Origin: Candidatus Uhrbacteria bacterium | Lineage (GTDB): Bacteria > Patescibacteriota > Patescibacteriia > UBA9934 > GWF2-40-263 | NCBI GenBank assembly: GCA_037131775.1 | Contig: JBAXQK010000003.1 | Coordinates: forward strand, 76,439 to 140,438 | Reading direction: 5' to 3' | Length of the DNA stretch: 64,000 nucleotides | In this document: positions 39,309 to 49,320 of the stretch, piece after piece | How the letters are laid out: the number at the start of each line of letters is the position of its first letter | Position numbering within the stretch: position 1 is the first letter of the stretch | The notes under the pieces: model-generated | The model's database searches: none | Told to the model about the DNA's origin: nothing | Seen by the model: only the letters and a program-made list of their open reading frames with translations | Made by a program: the position numbers and the translations under genes

Positions 39309-40178
39309 ATGGCCCTTATCACCATCGGAGAGCTCATCGACCGCTCCTGGGAGCACTATCACAAGGAATTCTCCAGCCTCATGAGCGTTTCCGGATGGAT
39401 CCTGCTCGTGGCAATCTTCAACGTGGCGACGCTAGCGCTCTACCCGTCCGCGTCCCGGCTGCTCACCGTCGACACGACGCTTACGAAACCGGAGGCGGTC
39501 GGCGTGGCCATGTACGCCTTTTCCAACTGGGTTCTCGGGCCGCTGCTCGGTCTCTGGATCTTCATCACGCTCATCCGTCTCATCCGCTCGCAGCTGTCCG
39601 GAAAGCGCGCGGGGATCCGGGAGGCGCTCGCCGACGGAAAGAAGTACTTCCTTCCCACGCTGGCCGTCACCGCCATGATCTTCCTGATCCTCGTGGCCGT
39701 CGTCCTGATCGGGTTCGGACCGTCGCTCATCCTGTCCCTTTTGGCGACCGTCACGAAGCTCGGCTTCCTCACCGTTCTCGCGACGATTTCCCTGGTCGTC
39801 GGCGTGATGGCTTCCCTCGTCCTTGGAATCCGCTGGTCCGTCCACTACTACTTCGCGCCGTTTACCCTTCTCGTGGACGACGTGCGCGGCAAGGCCGCGC
39901 TGACCGCGGCGCGCAAGCTGGTCGACGGACGGTTCTGGCAGGTCCTCATCCGCCTCGCCCTCCCGAAGATCTTGTTCATCCTCGTTGGCGTTCTCCTCAT
40001 GGCGCTGGTCCAGTTCGTCTTCTCCGTCGTGAGCAGCGCGTTCGTCGGACTCAGCGTCGACGTCCAGCTCCGCATCTCCACGATCGTCCTGTCCGTACTC
40101 TCCACGCTCGTCGCCGCCCTTATCAACCCGCTCATCGTCGCCTCCGACCTGATGCTTTATCAATCTTTGAAAAGGTAG
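39309..40178 (+). CDS. Polytopic membrane protein
   Basis: About 6 TM helices; KAALTAARKLVDGRFW. Confidence 0.75.
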   Translation: MALITIGELIDRSWEHYHKEFSSLMSVSGWILLVAIFNVATLALYPSASRLLTVDTTLTKPEAVGVAMYAFSNWVLGPLLGLWIFITLIRLIRSQLSGKRAGIREALADGKKYFLPTLAVTAMIFLILVAVVLIGFGPSLILSLLATVTKLGFLTVLATISLVVGVMASLVLGIRWSVHYYFAPFTLLVDDVRGKAALTAARKLVDGRFWQVLIRLALPKILFILVGVLLMALVQFVFSVVSSAFVGLSVDVQLRISTIVLSVLSTLVAALINPLIVASDLMLYQSLKR

Positions 40179-40245
40179 GTAGTTTGTGGTGAGTCGTGAG
40201 TAGTTTGAATACCACTCACTACAAACCACTCACTACAAACTAACT
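40179..40245. repeat. Inverted 7-mer arrays
   Basis: TAGTTTG TGGTGAG TCGTGAG TAGTTTG ... CCACTCA CTACAAA x2. Confidence 0.7.
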
Positions 40246-40249
40246 CGAT

Positions 40250-40987
40250 ATGACCTCCGTCCCAAACCTTCTGCGCGCGTCCTTTCAGCTGTACCGAACC
40301 CACGCGAAGCTCTTTGTCGGATACGTCTCCTGGCTCCTGCTCTCGTACGCCGCGATCGTGCTTGTGACGCTCATTCCAAACGAGGGGGTCCGCATGGGCC
40401 TCGGCCTTGCCGTCGAGCTCGCCGACGGGATGCTCTGGCTCTTCATCGGGGTGATCATGATCGTCCTGACACACCAGCTCGGGAATGGCAAGGAAATCGA
40501 CACGAACGTCGTTCCCCTGTATGCCCTTTCCGCCCTCGGGTCCTTCGCCTGGGTCGGACTCCTTCAGGCGCTCACGGTGGCAGGCGGTTTTCTCCTGCTT
40601 GTCATCCCGGGGTTGATTTTCCTCGTCTGGTTCGGCTTTGCCCAACAGGCGCTGCTCCTGGACGGAAAGAGGGGCCTCGACGCGCTGTCGGCCAGCCGCG
40701 ACCTCGCGAAAGGGCGTTTCTTCGTGGCCGCGCTCTACCAGCTCGGCGGCCCGGTTCTCGTCGGGATCGCCTACCTCGTCGTCCTCTCCCTCGCCTATGT
40801 CGCCCTGTCCGCCCTCACGCACACGCCGATCGAGGACATCTTCGGCGACACTCCCCCGCTCTGGGCCGACATGCTCGGCACGATCGGAAACATCTTCCTC
40901 CTTCCGATGTTGTCGATCTATGGGGTGATGGCATACAAGGAGATGAAGACGAGCGTCCCCGCAAAAACAGAACCGGCAAATTCGTAA
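40250..40987 (+). CDS. Polytopic membrane protein, probable paralogue of the upstream gene
   Basis: LLLVIPGLIF, DALSASRDLAKGRFF. Confidence 0.75.
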   Translation: MTSVPNLLRASFQLYRTHAKLFVGYVSWLLLSYAAIVLVTLIPNEGVRMGLGLAVELADGMLWLFIGVIMIVLTHQLGNGKEIDTNVVPLYALSALGSFAWVGLLQALTVAGGFLLLVIPGLIFLVWFGFAQQALLLDGKRGLDALSASRDLAKGRFFVAALYQLGGPVLVGIAYLVVLSLAYVALSALTHTPIEDIFGDTPPLWADMLGTIGNIFLLPMLSIYGVMAYKEMKTSVPAKTEPANS

Positions 40988-41056
40988 CGTTCGTTGCAAT
41001 TCGTGTCATACGCAATTTAGTAACCGTATTCGTTATTCGCAACCCCGCTTTTTCCT

Positions 41057-42529
41057 ATGCTCGTCCCCGTCATCGGCCTTGAGATCCACCTCCAGCTGAA
41101 AACCAAGACCAAGATGTTCTGCGCCTGCTCGGCCCACGAGGCGGCGGCGCCGAATGCGAACGTTTGCGCCATCTGCACCGGCCAGCCCGGCACCCTGCCC
41201 GTCCCGAACGAGCAGGCGGTTCGCTTTGGCATCCGCATGGGTCTCGCGCTCAACTGCGCCATCGCGCCGCACTCCAAGTTCGACCGCAAGCACTACTTCT
41301 ATCCCGACCTTCCGAAGGCCTACCAGATCTCGCAGTACGACCTGCCGATCGCCGAGAAGGGGTTCGTCATGGTCGGATCGCACCGCGTCGGGATCACGCG
41401 CGCGCACCTCGAGGAGGACGCGGCGAAGAACCTGCATGGCGCGGACGGAAAGACGTACGTCGACTTCAACCGCGCGGGAACGCCGCTCATCGAGATGGTC
41501 ACCGATCCGGATTTCGCGTCGCCGGAGGAGGCGAAGGCATTTTTACAGGACCTGCGGCTGATGGCGCGCTACCTTGGCGTCTCCGACGCGGACATGGAGA
41601 AGGGGCAGATGCGCTGCGACGCGAACGTGTCGCTTCGCGAGGTCGACGACGCCGGAAATATCGTCGGGCCGAAGTTTCACCCGAAGACCGAGATCAAGAA
41701 CATCAACTCGTTCCGCAACGTCGAGCGCGCGCTCCAGTTCGAGCTCAAGCGCCAGGCCGACCTCTGGGCCGCCGGCTCTCCCCCGTCCGTCACCACGACG
41801 CGCGGATGGGACGACGCGACGCAGGGGACGAAGGAGCAGCGCGTGAAGGAGGCCGAGGGCGACTATCGGTATTTCCCGGAACCGGATATCCCGGTGCTCG
41901 AGCTGTCGAAGATCGCCGACGAGGAGCGCGCCCGGATGCCGGAGTTACCGGCGGCTCGACGAGCGCGGTTCGTCGACGAGTACGGCTTGAAGGCCGACGA
42001 CGCGAAGCAGATCTGCGAAGACCCGGCGCTGTCGGAATTTACCGAGCACGTCTTCTCGGAGCTTGGCGAGTGGACGAAGGCGAATGGCGGCGCGACGGAA
42101 AAACAAAAGACGGCGAACCTGGTCGCCGGATGGCTGCTGTCCAAGCTTGGCGGACTTCTGCTCGAACGAAACGTCGACGTCGGCTCCATGAAGATCGACG
42201 CGGAAAACTTCGCGGAGTTCATTTCCCTGCTGGCCTCGAATAAGCTCTCCTCATCCGCGGGCATGACGGTGCTGACCGAGATGCTCGAGTCCGGCGCGGA
42301 CCCGTCCGGCGTGATGGAGGCAAAGCGGTTGGGGAACATCGAGGACGCGTCCGTGATCGCCGAGATCGTCGACCGCGTGCTCGGCAACAATCCGGAGATC
42401 GTCGAACGTTACAAGGCCGGAAAGAAGGAGCTTATCCAGGTGCTCGTCGGCCAGGTCATGAAGGAAACGGAGGGCGCGGTGGACGCGAAGATCGCGAGAA
42501 ACATGCTGCTCGTGAAGCTTGAATCGTAA
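41057..42529 (+). CDS. gatB: Asp/Glu-tRNA amidotransferase subunit B
   Basis: VIGLEIHLQL, YFYPDLPKAYQISQ, HLEEDA, RCDANVS, YRYFPEPD. Confidence 0.98.
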   Translation: MLVPVIGLEIHLQLKTKTKMFCACSAHEAAAPNANVCAICTGQPGTLPVPNEQAVRFGIRMGLALNCAIAPHSKFDRKHYFYPDLPKAYQISQYDLPIAEKGFVMVGSHRVGITRAHLEEDAAKNLHGADGKTYVDFNRAGTPLIEMVTDPDFASPEEAKAFLQDLRLMARYLGVSDADMEKGQMRCDANVSLREVDDAGNIVGPKFHPKTEIKNINSFRNVERALQFELKRQADLWAAGSPPSVTTTRGWDDATQGTKEQRVKEAEGDYRYFPEPDIPVLELSKIADEERARMPELPAARRARFVDEYGLKADDAKQICEDPALSEFTEHVFSELGEWTKANGGATEKQKTANLVAGWLLSKLGGLLLERNVDVGSMKIDAENFAEFISLLASNKLSSSAGMTVLTEMLESGADPSGVMEAKRLGNIEDASVIAEIVDRVLGNNPEIVERYKAGKKELIQVLVGQVMKETEGAVDAKIARNMLLVKLES

Positions 42530-42893
42530 CGCAAACGCTATGGAACGTCTTTTTCGAAACCCAGCGGAAGGCGAGCCGATCCTGGACCCGGTCCTCGTCG
42601 AGACGCTGAACGCGATCGAGGGCGCGAAGCTGGTCCTGAACGACCGTGCGGAGACCCTCGCGAATCGACACGAACGCCTCGAGGCAAACCTGGACGCGCT
42701 CCGCTCCATGCTCGAGGCCGCGTCAAGGAGCCGCGACACCGAACGGTTCACGACCCTGGAAACGGCAGCGGTCGCCATCCTCACGCGCATGGGATCCCTG
42801 CGCGGTTCGATGCAGGCCGTCTCCGACGAGATCGACGCGATCGACGCGCATCTTGCGATGCTCGTCGAGCTCCCCGTCCCGATCAATGAGTAA
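42519..42893 (+). CDS. Hypothetical coiled-coil protein (start may be 42540)
   Basis: Helical heptad-rich ORF. Confidence 0.5.
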   Translation: MNRNANAMERLFRNPAEGEPILDPVLVETLNAIEGAKLVLNDRAETLANRHERLEANLDALRSMLEAASRSRDTERFTTLETAAVAILTRMGSLRGSMQAVSDEIDAIDAHLAMLVELPVPINE

Positions 42894-43836
42894 CCCACTC
42901 TGCGACGATCTCAAGCGCGTCGACGGGATTCTCTATCCACCGCACGCGATCGTCGCGCCGAAACCAGGTCATCTGCCGCTTCGCATAGGCACGGGTGACC
43001 TTTTTGGTTTCCTCGACGGCGTCGGCAAGTGGACGCGAACCGTCGAGAAACGCGCAGATCTGACGATACCCGATCCCCGTCATCGCCTCGTTGTCGCATC
43101 CAAATTTGTCGCGCAGCCGGCGCACCTCGTTGACGAGCCCCGTCGCGACCATGGCTTCGACGCGGTCGTTGATCCTTGCGTTCAGGACGTCGCGGTCGAC
43201 CAGGATTCCGATCTCAAGAAGGTCGTACTTCGACGTCCCGCGCTTCAGCTGCGCGGAGAACGGCTTCCCCGTCGCGATCGTCACCTCGAGCGCGCGAACC
43301 ACGCGGCGCTTGTTCTGGCGGTCAATGAGTTCCGCGCCGTCCGGGTCCAGACGCTTGTACTCTGCGAACAGGTCGTCGAGGTGCCGCGCCTCGAGCGTGT
43401 CGCGCAATTCGTCGTTCCGAGCCGTCTCGGTCAGGTTCAAATCGTCCACCACCGCGCGGACCCACAGCCCGGTTCCCCCGACGAGGATCGGGAGCTTCCC
43501 GCGCTTCGAGATCTCGACGATCTTCTCCTCCGCATATTTCTTAAAGTCCGCCACGGAATACTCCGCGTCCGGATCGACCAGGTCGATTCCCCAGTGCGGA
43601 ATCCCCTCGACGACAAGATGGTGCTCGCTCGCGAACAGCGTGCCGATCCCCTCCTTCGACCCGCCGATCCTCAGTGCCTTCTCTCCCTCGACCTTCCCCG
43701 TCCCCACGTCCATTCCCCGATACACCTGCCTCGAGTCAACAGAAATGACCTCGCCGTCAAACCGTTTGGCAAGGTCGATCCCGAGCTGGGTTTTTCCGGA
43801 CGCGGTCGGTCCGACGATGACGAGAAGCTTGCGCAT
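42883..43836 (-). CDS. miaA: tRNA dimethylallyltransferase
   Basis: GPTASGKT, DSRQVYRGMDVGTGK, VGGTGLW, YAKRQMTWF. Confidence 0.97.
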   Translation of the reverse strand: MRKLLVIVGPTASGKTQLGIDLAKRFDGEVISVDSRQVYRGMDVGTGKVEGEKALRIGGSKEGIGTLFASEHHLVVEGIPHWGIDLVDPDAEYSVADFKKYAEEKIVEISKRGKLPILVGGTGLWVRAVVDDLNLTETARNDELRDTLEARHLDDLFAEYKRLDPDGAELIDRQNKRRVVRALEVTIATGKPFSAQLKRGTSKYDLLEIGILVDRDVLNARINDRVEAMVATGLVNEVRRLRDKFGCDNEAMTGIGYRQICAFLDGSRPLADAVEETKKVTRAYAKRQMTWFRRDDRVRWIENPVDALEIVAEWVTH

Positions 43837-43854
43837 ATGATCGTTGGCGAAACA

Positions 43855-45243
43855 TTAGACAATCTCCCCGTCGAGAATCCACTTCTCCGCCTTCGCGACC
43901 CTCACGTTCACGATCTGCCCCAGCAGCTCCTTCCCTCCCGGGAACCGCACCAGCTTCATCTCGCGCGAGTTTCCGAGACACGTTCCCGGCATCTTCGCCA
44001 AACGGTCGAGGATATTCCCGGGCAGTTCGAGCATCTCGTCGGTGGCGACCGGAACCTCGTGGCGCTCGACGAGGACGGAGACGACCTTGCCGACGTACGC
44101 CTGGTTTTTCTCGAAGACGATCCGTTCCTGAATGTCCTGGAGGTGCTTCCAGCGCCATTTCTTCTCGTCGCCGTCCACATCGTCCTTGAACGCACGCCAC
44201 GCGGCGGTTCCGGAACGCGTCGAATAGCGGGCCGTGTACGAGATGTCGAAGCGGACCTGCTCGTACAGCTCGGCCGTCTTCAGATACTGCTCGCGCGATT
44301 CGCCGCAGAATCCGACGATAATGTCGGTTCCGATCGCAAGGCCCGGGATTTTCTCACGGAGACGGCGGACCACGTCAAGGAACTGCGCCGAGGTGTAGCG
44401 CCGGTTCATGCGCTTGAGCACCGCGTCGTCGCCGGCCTGTACCGGGAGATGGATGTAATTGAGATGCGCGGGGAGCGTCATCGCGTCGATGGCCTCGTCG
44501 CTCATGTGCAGCGGGTGCGGCGCGGTGTAGTGGAGGCGCGAGATTCCCGCAACCTGGTTCACCTCCCACAGCAGCGCCGCGAAATGGTCCTTGTACGGGT
44601 TCGCCGTCGAGAACGACTCGGGGTCCGGCGCGCGGAACGAGTTGACGGTCTGCCCGAGCAGCGTGATCTCGACGCAGCCGTGGTCGGCCAGGTCGCGGAC
44701 TTCCGTCAGGATGTCGACGACCGTGCGATTCTTCTCGAGTCCGCGGGCGAACGGCACGACGCAGTACGTGCAGAACTTGTTGCAGCCGGTCTGGATCGTG
44801 ACGAACCCCTGGCGGAACGTGCGGCGCTCGGGAATCACCTTCAGGTAGTCCTCGCCGATGTCCGCCCCGTTCACGAGCTCCGGACGCAGTTCAGAAATCC
44901 AGCGCGGGAGCTGAACGACGTCAGTGATGGGAAAATAAAGGTCGGCAGTGGGCATCTTCTTGCGGATCGCGCCGTCGCGGTCGCGTCCCGGAAGGCAGCC
45001 GGTGATTCCGACGATGAGGTTCGGACGCGCCAGCTTCAGCTTGTCGAACTCGCGCAAAAATCCGAACACGCGATCCTCGGCGCTCTGCCGGACCGAGCAG
45101 GTGTTCACGAGGATCAGGTCGGCCTCCTCCTTGCGTTCGGTTGAAACAAAACCGACTCCGGAGAGGATGGCATCCATCCGCTCGGAGTCGTTCTTATTCA
45201 TCTGGCAGCCGAGAGTAATGAGATGGTATTTTGGTGCGTCCAT
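43855..45243 (-). CDS. miaB: tRNA methylthiotransferase MiaB (radical SAM)
   Basis: GCQMN, NTCSVRQSAE, CNKFCTYC, TDIIVGF, C-terminal TRAM region. Confidence 0.92.
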   Translation of the reverse strand: MDAPKYHLITLGCQMNKNDSERMDAILSGVGFVSTERKEEADLILVNTCSVRQSAEDRVFGFLREFDKLKLARPNLIVGITGCLPGRDRDGAIRKKMPTADLYFPITDVVQLPRWISELRPELVNGADIGEDYLKVIPERRTFRQGFVTIQTGCNKFCTYCVVPFARGLEKNRTVVDILTEVRDLADHGCVEITLLGQTVNSFRAPDPESFSTANPYKDHFAALLWEVNQVAGISRLHYTAPHPLHMSDEAIDAMTLPAHLNYIHLPVQAGDDAVLKRMNRRYTSAQFLDVVRRLREKIPGLAIGTDIIVGFCGESREQYLKTAELYEQVRFDISYTARYSTRSGTAAWRAFKDDVDGDEKKWRWKHLQDIQERIVFEKNQAYVGKVVSVLVERHEVPVATDEMLELPGNILDRLAKMPGTCLGNSREMKLVRFPGGKELLGQIVNVRVAKAEKWILDGEIV

Positions 45244-45277
45244 GTACGCGAAAAACTAACAGTTCGGCGCCCAAAAG

Positions 45278-46189
45278 TCAACGAGTGGCGTCTGGCTTTC
45301 GATTCGCCTTGCGAATCAGGAACGCCTCCCTCAGACGCATGGACGAAAGTTCCTTGTCTATGTCGGCCTTCGCGAAGATGTTCCAGATGTTGAGCTTCGC
45401 GCGCTCCGCCTGTTTGCGTTTCATTTTTGTCTGAAGCTCGGCCAGCTCGACGCGATCGGGATTCGTGTCAATATCCTTGTCGCCCAGCGTTTCCAGGACC
45501 GAACCCTTTGCGGCGATCCTCTCCGCCTGCTCCCGTGCCCCTTCCGTGCGCAATCGGCTCCACTCGTTTCCAGGCATCGCCGATATCTTCCGGACGATTT
45601 GGATCTGATCCTTGATAACACGCGCCTCGTCGATCGCCGTTCGGGTTGCCGCTTCGTTCCCTCCCGAAAACGCGGCCGCGCGCTCGGCTTGCTCAAGCCG
45701 GCGTTCCAGGATGTGGACGTACATGTTCGGATCCGTGAACCGAAGCGATTTCGCGTCCGTCCTCACGCGCGCATCGGCCAGCCTTGGAATCAACGCGTTC
45801 ATTTCCCCGCGAATATTCTTGATGACCGCGCGGTCCGTCGGCGTCTCGACGCCAAGTTCGTCAAATTCGCGCGCCTGGGCGGTGCGCTCGTCGAATGCCT
45901 GGGACAGATTCGCCCAGTAGTCCTCGACCTTGCCGTCCTTCGCGATCTTTTCCGCCACGATCGCCGCGTACCGGCTTCTGGCCAGATCCGCCGCAAAGTC
46001 GACGGCCGGCGGACGTCCGGCCTCCGGACGCGAAGCGGGCACCGGCGGCATTTCGATCCGCGGCATCGGCTGGAAAAGAAATGGCGGGCCGACGATATCC
46101 GTCTCGTCGTCGGCCACGGGAAGATTGACCGGCTTCCAGTCCCGCATCCGTGTCTTCAGTTGTTCGCCGATCGGTGATTGTCCCTCCAT
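45278..46189 (-). CDS. Hypothetical helical protein
   Basis: 303-aa ORF, no recognisable motif. Confidence 0.65.
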   Translation of the reverse strand: MEGQSPIGEQLKTRMRDWKPVNLPVADDETDIVGPPFLFQPMPRIEMPPVPASRPEAGRPPAVDFAADLARSRYAAIVAEKIAKDGKVEDYWANLSQAFDERTAQAREFDELGVETPTDRAVIKNIRGEMNALIPRLADARVRTDAKSLRFTDPNMYVHILERRLEQAERAAAFSGGNEAATRTAIDEARVIKDQIQIVRKISAMPGNEWSRLRTEGAREQAERIAAKGSVLETLGDKDIDTNPDRVELAELQTKMKRKQAERAKLNIWNIFAKADIDKELSSMRLREAFLIRKANRKPDATR

Positions 46190-46240
46190 AATAAAAAGAT
46201 TATACCACAGGGTTGAGAAGGATAAAAAAAACGACAGCCC

Positions 46241-46768
46241 CTATCCAATCGGACCGGGCTGTCGAGAAGATCGTGTCTGGCTGAGCACGCCGTGGACCGG
46301 GCCGACGTTCGCGTGCATGACGCACGAGACGTACAGGGATCGGAGAAACGCGCGGTGCGTGGAGGAAAGCGTGTTCCCGAGGCGGAGATAGAGGGCTTCC
46401 ATGTCGGCGGTGAAACGCTCGAGGCGGTCTGCGATCCACAGGCCGCGGACGCGCGTTCCGACGAGGCCGTTTCCGCCGACGCGAGCGATCTGGTCCGCGA
46501 CGAACCTCTCGTTGAACGCCGGGTGCACCACCCAGCGCGACGCCACTTCCAGCCCAATTCTCCGGCAGTCGCTCTCGTCCCAACGGCCGAGATTTCCGAG
46601 ATGGTCGAGGAGCAGCGGGATGTCCTGTCGGTAGAGCGACGAGCCAAGTCCGTCCCGGAGCATGCGCTCGACGGGATGTGGCTCGTGGCGTCGACGGGAA
46701 GAAAAACGGCCGGGGGCGGACGCGACCTGTTCGCGCTCGTCCTCGACCAGTGTCAGTGCGGGGATCAC
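46241..46768 (-). CDS. Hypothetical protein
   Basis: GTGA overlap with the upstream ORF; terminator hairpin at its end. Confidence 0.5.
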   Translation of the reverse strand: MIPALTLVEDEREQVASAPGRFSSRRRHEPHPVERMLRDGLGSSLYRQDIPLLLDHLGNLGRWDESDCRRIGLEVASRWVVHPAFNERFVADQIARVGGNGLVGTRVRGLWIADRLERFTADMEALYLRLGNTLSSTHRAFLRSLYVSCVMHANVGPVHGVLSQTRSSRQPGPIG

Positions 46769-47265
46769 GAGGCGTTCCTACGCCAGGCGGCAGGAAGCGA
46801 CTCGGGGTTCGGTGGAGTCCGTACGGACGAGCAACCCGCAAGGTCGTAGAGCAGCAGCACCGCGGACTGGAGCACGATAACGCGTGACGTATCCGGCATC
46901 GCGTCACTCATCCTCCGAAACCAGGACGGCAACGCATTCGCGAACGCCTCCACGTGCTCGCGCACGCGCTCGGCGAATGGCGTTGACAGGCGCTCGTCGA
47001 CGAACGCACGCGCCGCCTCGGGATCGGCTGCGCATTCCTCGATCTCCGAACGGACCGCTGCCAGTGCGTCGGCGTTCCATACTTGCCTCGGCGGAAGCCA
47101 GGCAAACACGATCGCCGTCTCGTTCTGCGTGAACGGCGCGCCGGGAGCGCCGTTCCCGTCCAGGATTTTCCGAAGGTCCCGGAGCGGCCCGGGAACGTTC
47201 ACGTCGTGCGCGAAGTCGTCTGATGATGGCGCGCGAGTCTTTCGTCGGCTGGTCTGTTGAGACAT
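46765..47265 (-). CDS. Hypothetical protein
   Basis: GAGGAG SD before ATG. Confidence 0.6.
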   Translation of the reverse strand: MSQQTSRRKTRAPSSDDFAHDVNVPGPLRDLRKILDGNGAPGAPFTQNETAIVFAWLPPRQVWNADALAAVRSEIEECAADPEAARAFVDERLSTPFAERVREHVEAFANALPSWFRRMSDAMPDTSRVIVLQSAVLLLYDLAGCSSVRTPPNPESLPAAWRRNAS

Positions 47266-47404
47266 GATTGCTCCTCTCCCCCGTCAATAGTACACGAAGG
47301 GAGAAACCATCCTATGCGATCCGTCTGAAATTGTCAACCCCCGACCAAAGTGTTATACTCTGTATAATTATCGCGCGACTGCGCAAAGCTAACGAAAAAA
47401 ATCT

Positions 47405-49300
47405 ATGATCGGAGAATCAAGAGGCAGCGCACGCAACGCGGAATGGAAGCCAAGGCCAACGCGCGCAAAGGTAACGAAATCACCGGACCGTGATTTTACC
47501 AAGGGACGCGAGGCGGGCGCCTTAAAGACGCGCATTGGTGACTCGAAGCTACAGCCGGAACAGGCGGGGATCGCCCGCAAGTATCTCGCTCTGATGGATA
47601 GCCTCGATGCCGCGCAAAAGACCGCCAACAACTTCAAGAAACCGAAGGATGAGCGCGACGCCGCGACGGCGGAGATCAAGCGAATTGCCGCGCTTGCCAT
47701 TAACCCCCGCCAGGATTTGATTGACGGAGGAATTGACGTAGTCGGCCTCAACCTCCAGAACAAACACAACCGAAAGGTCTTTGAAAAAAAACACGAGGGA
47801 ATTCTCAAGGCCGAGGAACCGAAGCTCGTTTCGAAGGCATCTGAGATCAAGCGGAGAGATCTCGTCCCCGGTTCCGCGGAGCAACGCGGCAACGCGGCAA
47901 TCATCGCGGAGTACAAGAAGCAAAGACTGGACGAACAAAAGCGGACCGAACAGCAGGCGACCGAGACCAAGAACTATCTTGCCGCGGTCGAGCGAACGAA
48001 CGATCTCCACGCCGGACTTTTGAAGATCCGACGCGAGCTTGCGCAAGCGAAGAATTCCGGATCGGAAGACGTCGTCGAGAAACTGACGCGCGATGAAGCC
48101 GACACGACGAAAGCATACGCGGCAGGACGCGAAAAGATTAAAATTGCCGAGCGGTCGCTCAAGGATGCCGGCATCGAGCCGAGCGACAAGCGGTTCGCGA
48201 CGCAGACGGCACGCGATCGTTTATACGCGGAAAAGCCAACGCTGAAGCCCACGATGGAAAGCCGACGTGAAGATCGCGCCAATGGGGCCGAAGCGCTCGA
48301 GATGGGCGAGGATCCAAGCGACGCGGCCGAGGACGTGATCGGCTTTCTCCCGGGACCCGATGACGCAAAGGACGGATCCGTAAGGCCTCTTATGCGCGTA
48401 AACCGAGGAGCGGACGGCCGAGTGATTCGCGGAGGAACTCCCGAGATGGGAAATAAGGATGCCCGACCGTTCGACGCATCCGAGGAAGCTCCGGACATGA
48501 TCGACCTGAACAGCCCGAAGCGAGCGGAGGAACAGAGGATGCGCGAGATTTCCGCGGAAACGAAAAAGGCGGCCGCGGAACAGGCGCGAGTGGAGGCGCT
48601 GAGCGAGGCGCAACGACTCGAGGAATCCATGCTTGGCAAGGACTTCGCGATGGCAAAAGCCGCTCCGGCGCAAAAGCCAGCCGAGAAGACCGGGTTCTTT
48701 TCCCGCATCGCCGGCTTCGACGTCGGAAGTGCCGCAAGAAGGCTTCTCCTGGGCCTTGGAATCGGTCTCGCGGCAGGAAAGGGCGTGGATACGGTCCGCA
48801 ACCACGATCAGTCCCCCGAAAGCGCCCCGACCCACCAGGCATACGACGCGGGAACGCGGGCTGACTACTCGATCCGCGCGGAAACGCCGGCAGCACCTCC
48901 CGCGGCTCAGGCCGTCGAGTCTGGTTCGGCGGACACCGCGCCCGCCGCAAACGTGGAAATCAGCCAGCCGTCGATCGAGGTTCCATCCATGGAAACGAAT
49001 AAGGCCGTCCGTGAATTCAGAAAGAGCGGAGACCCGCGAAATCTCGAGGACGCGTTAAAAAGACTTGAGATCTTCGAAGGAAGGGACGAATACTTGCGAG
49101 GACGGGCCGCGGAACAAAAGGCCGAGCTTCAGGCCCGCCTGGCCGATCTCGCAGCCATTCGTTCCGTCATGAGCTCCAAGAGTCCCGCCGTTGAGGCGTC
49201 AAAACGAATCGACATGGAAAAAAGGATTGCCAAGGCAAAGGCACGCAGCGAAGACATGATATCTTACCTGGAACTCATGCGAACCATTCGCAGCCAGTAA
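47405..49300 (+). CDS. Large charged coiled-coil hypothetical protein with one hydrophobic segment
   Basis: 631-aa ORF; LLLGLGIGLAAG segment. Confidence 0.7.
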   Translation: MIGESRGSARNAEWKPRPTRAKVTKSPDRDFTKGREAGALKTRIGDSKLQPEQAGIARKYLALMDSLDAAQKTANNFKKPKDERDAATAEIKRIAALAINPRQDLIDGGIDVVGLNLQNKHNRKVFEKKHEGILKAEEPKLVSKASEIKRRDLVPGSAEQRGNAAIIAEYKKQRLDEQKRTEQQATETKNYLAAVERTNDLHAGLLKIRRELAQAKNSGSEDVVEKLTRDEADTTKAYAAGREKIKIAERSLKDAGIEPSDKRFATQTARDRLYAEKPTLKPTMESRREDRANGAEALEMGEDPSDAAEDVIGFLPGPDDAKDGSVRPLMRVNRGADGRVIRGGTPEMGNKDARPFDASEEAPDMIDLNSPKRAEEQRMREISAETKKAAAEQARVEALSEAQRLEESMLGKDFAMAKAAPAQKPAEKTGFFSRIAGFDVGSAARRLLLGLGIGLAAGKGVDTVRNHDQSPESAPTHQAYDAGTRADYSIRAETPAAPPAAQAVESGSADTAPAANVEISQPSIEVPSMETNKAVREFRKSGDPRNLEDALKRLEIFEGRDEYLRGRAAEQKAELQARLADLAAIRSVMSSKSPAVEASKRIDMEKRIAKAKARSEDMISYLELMRTIRSQ

Positions 49301-49320
49301 GCCACCGAAAACGCCTCGCA

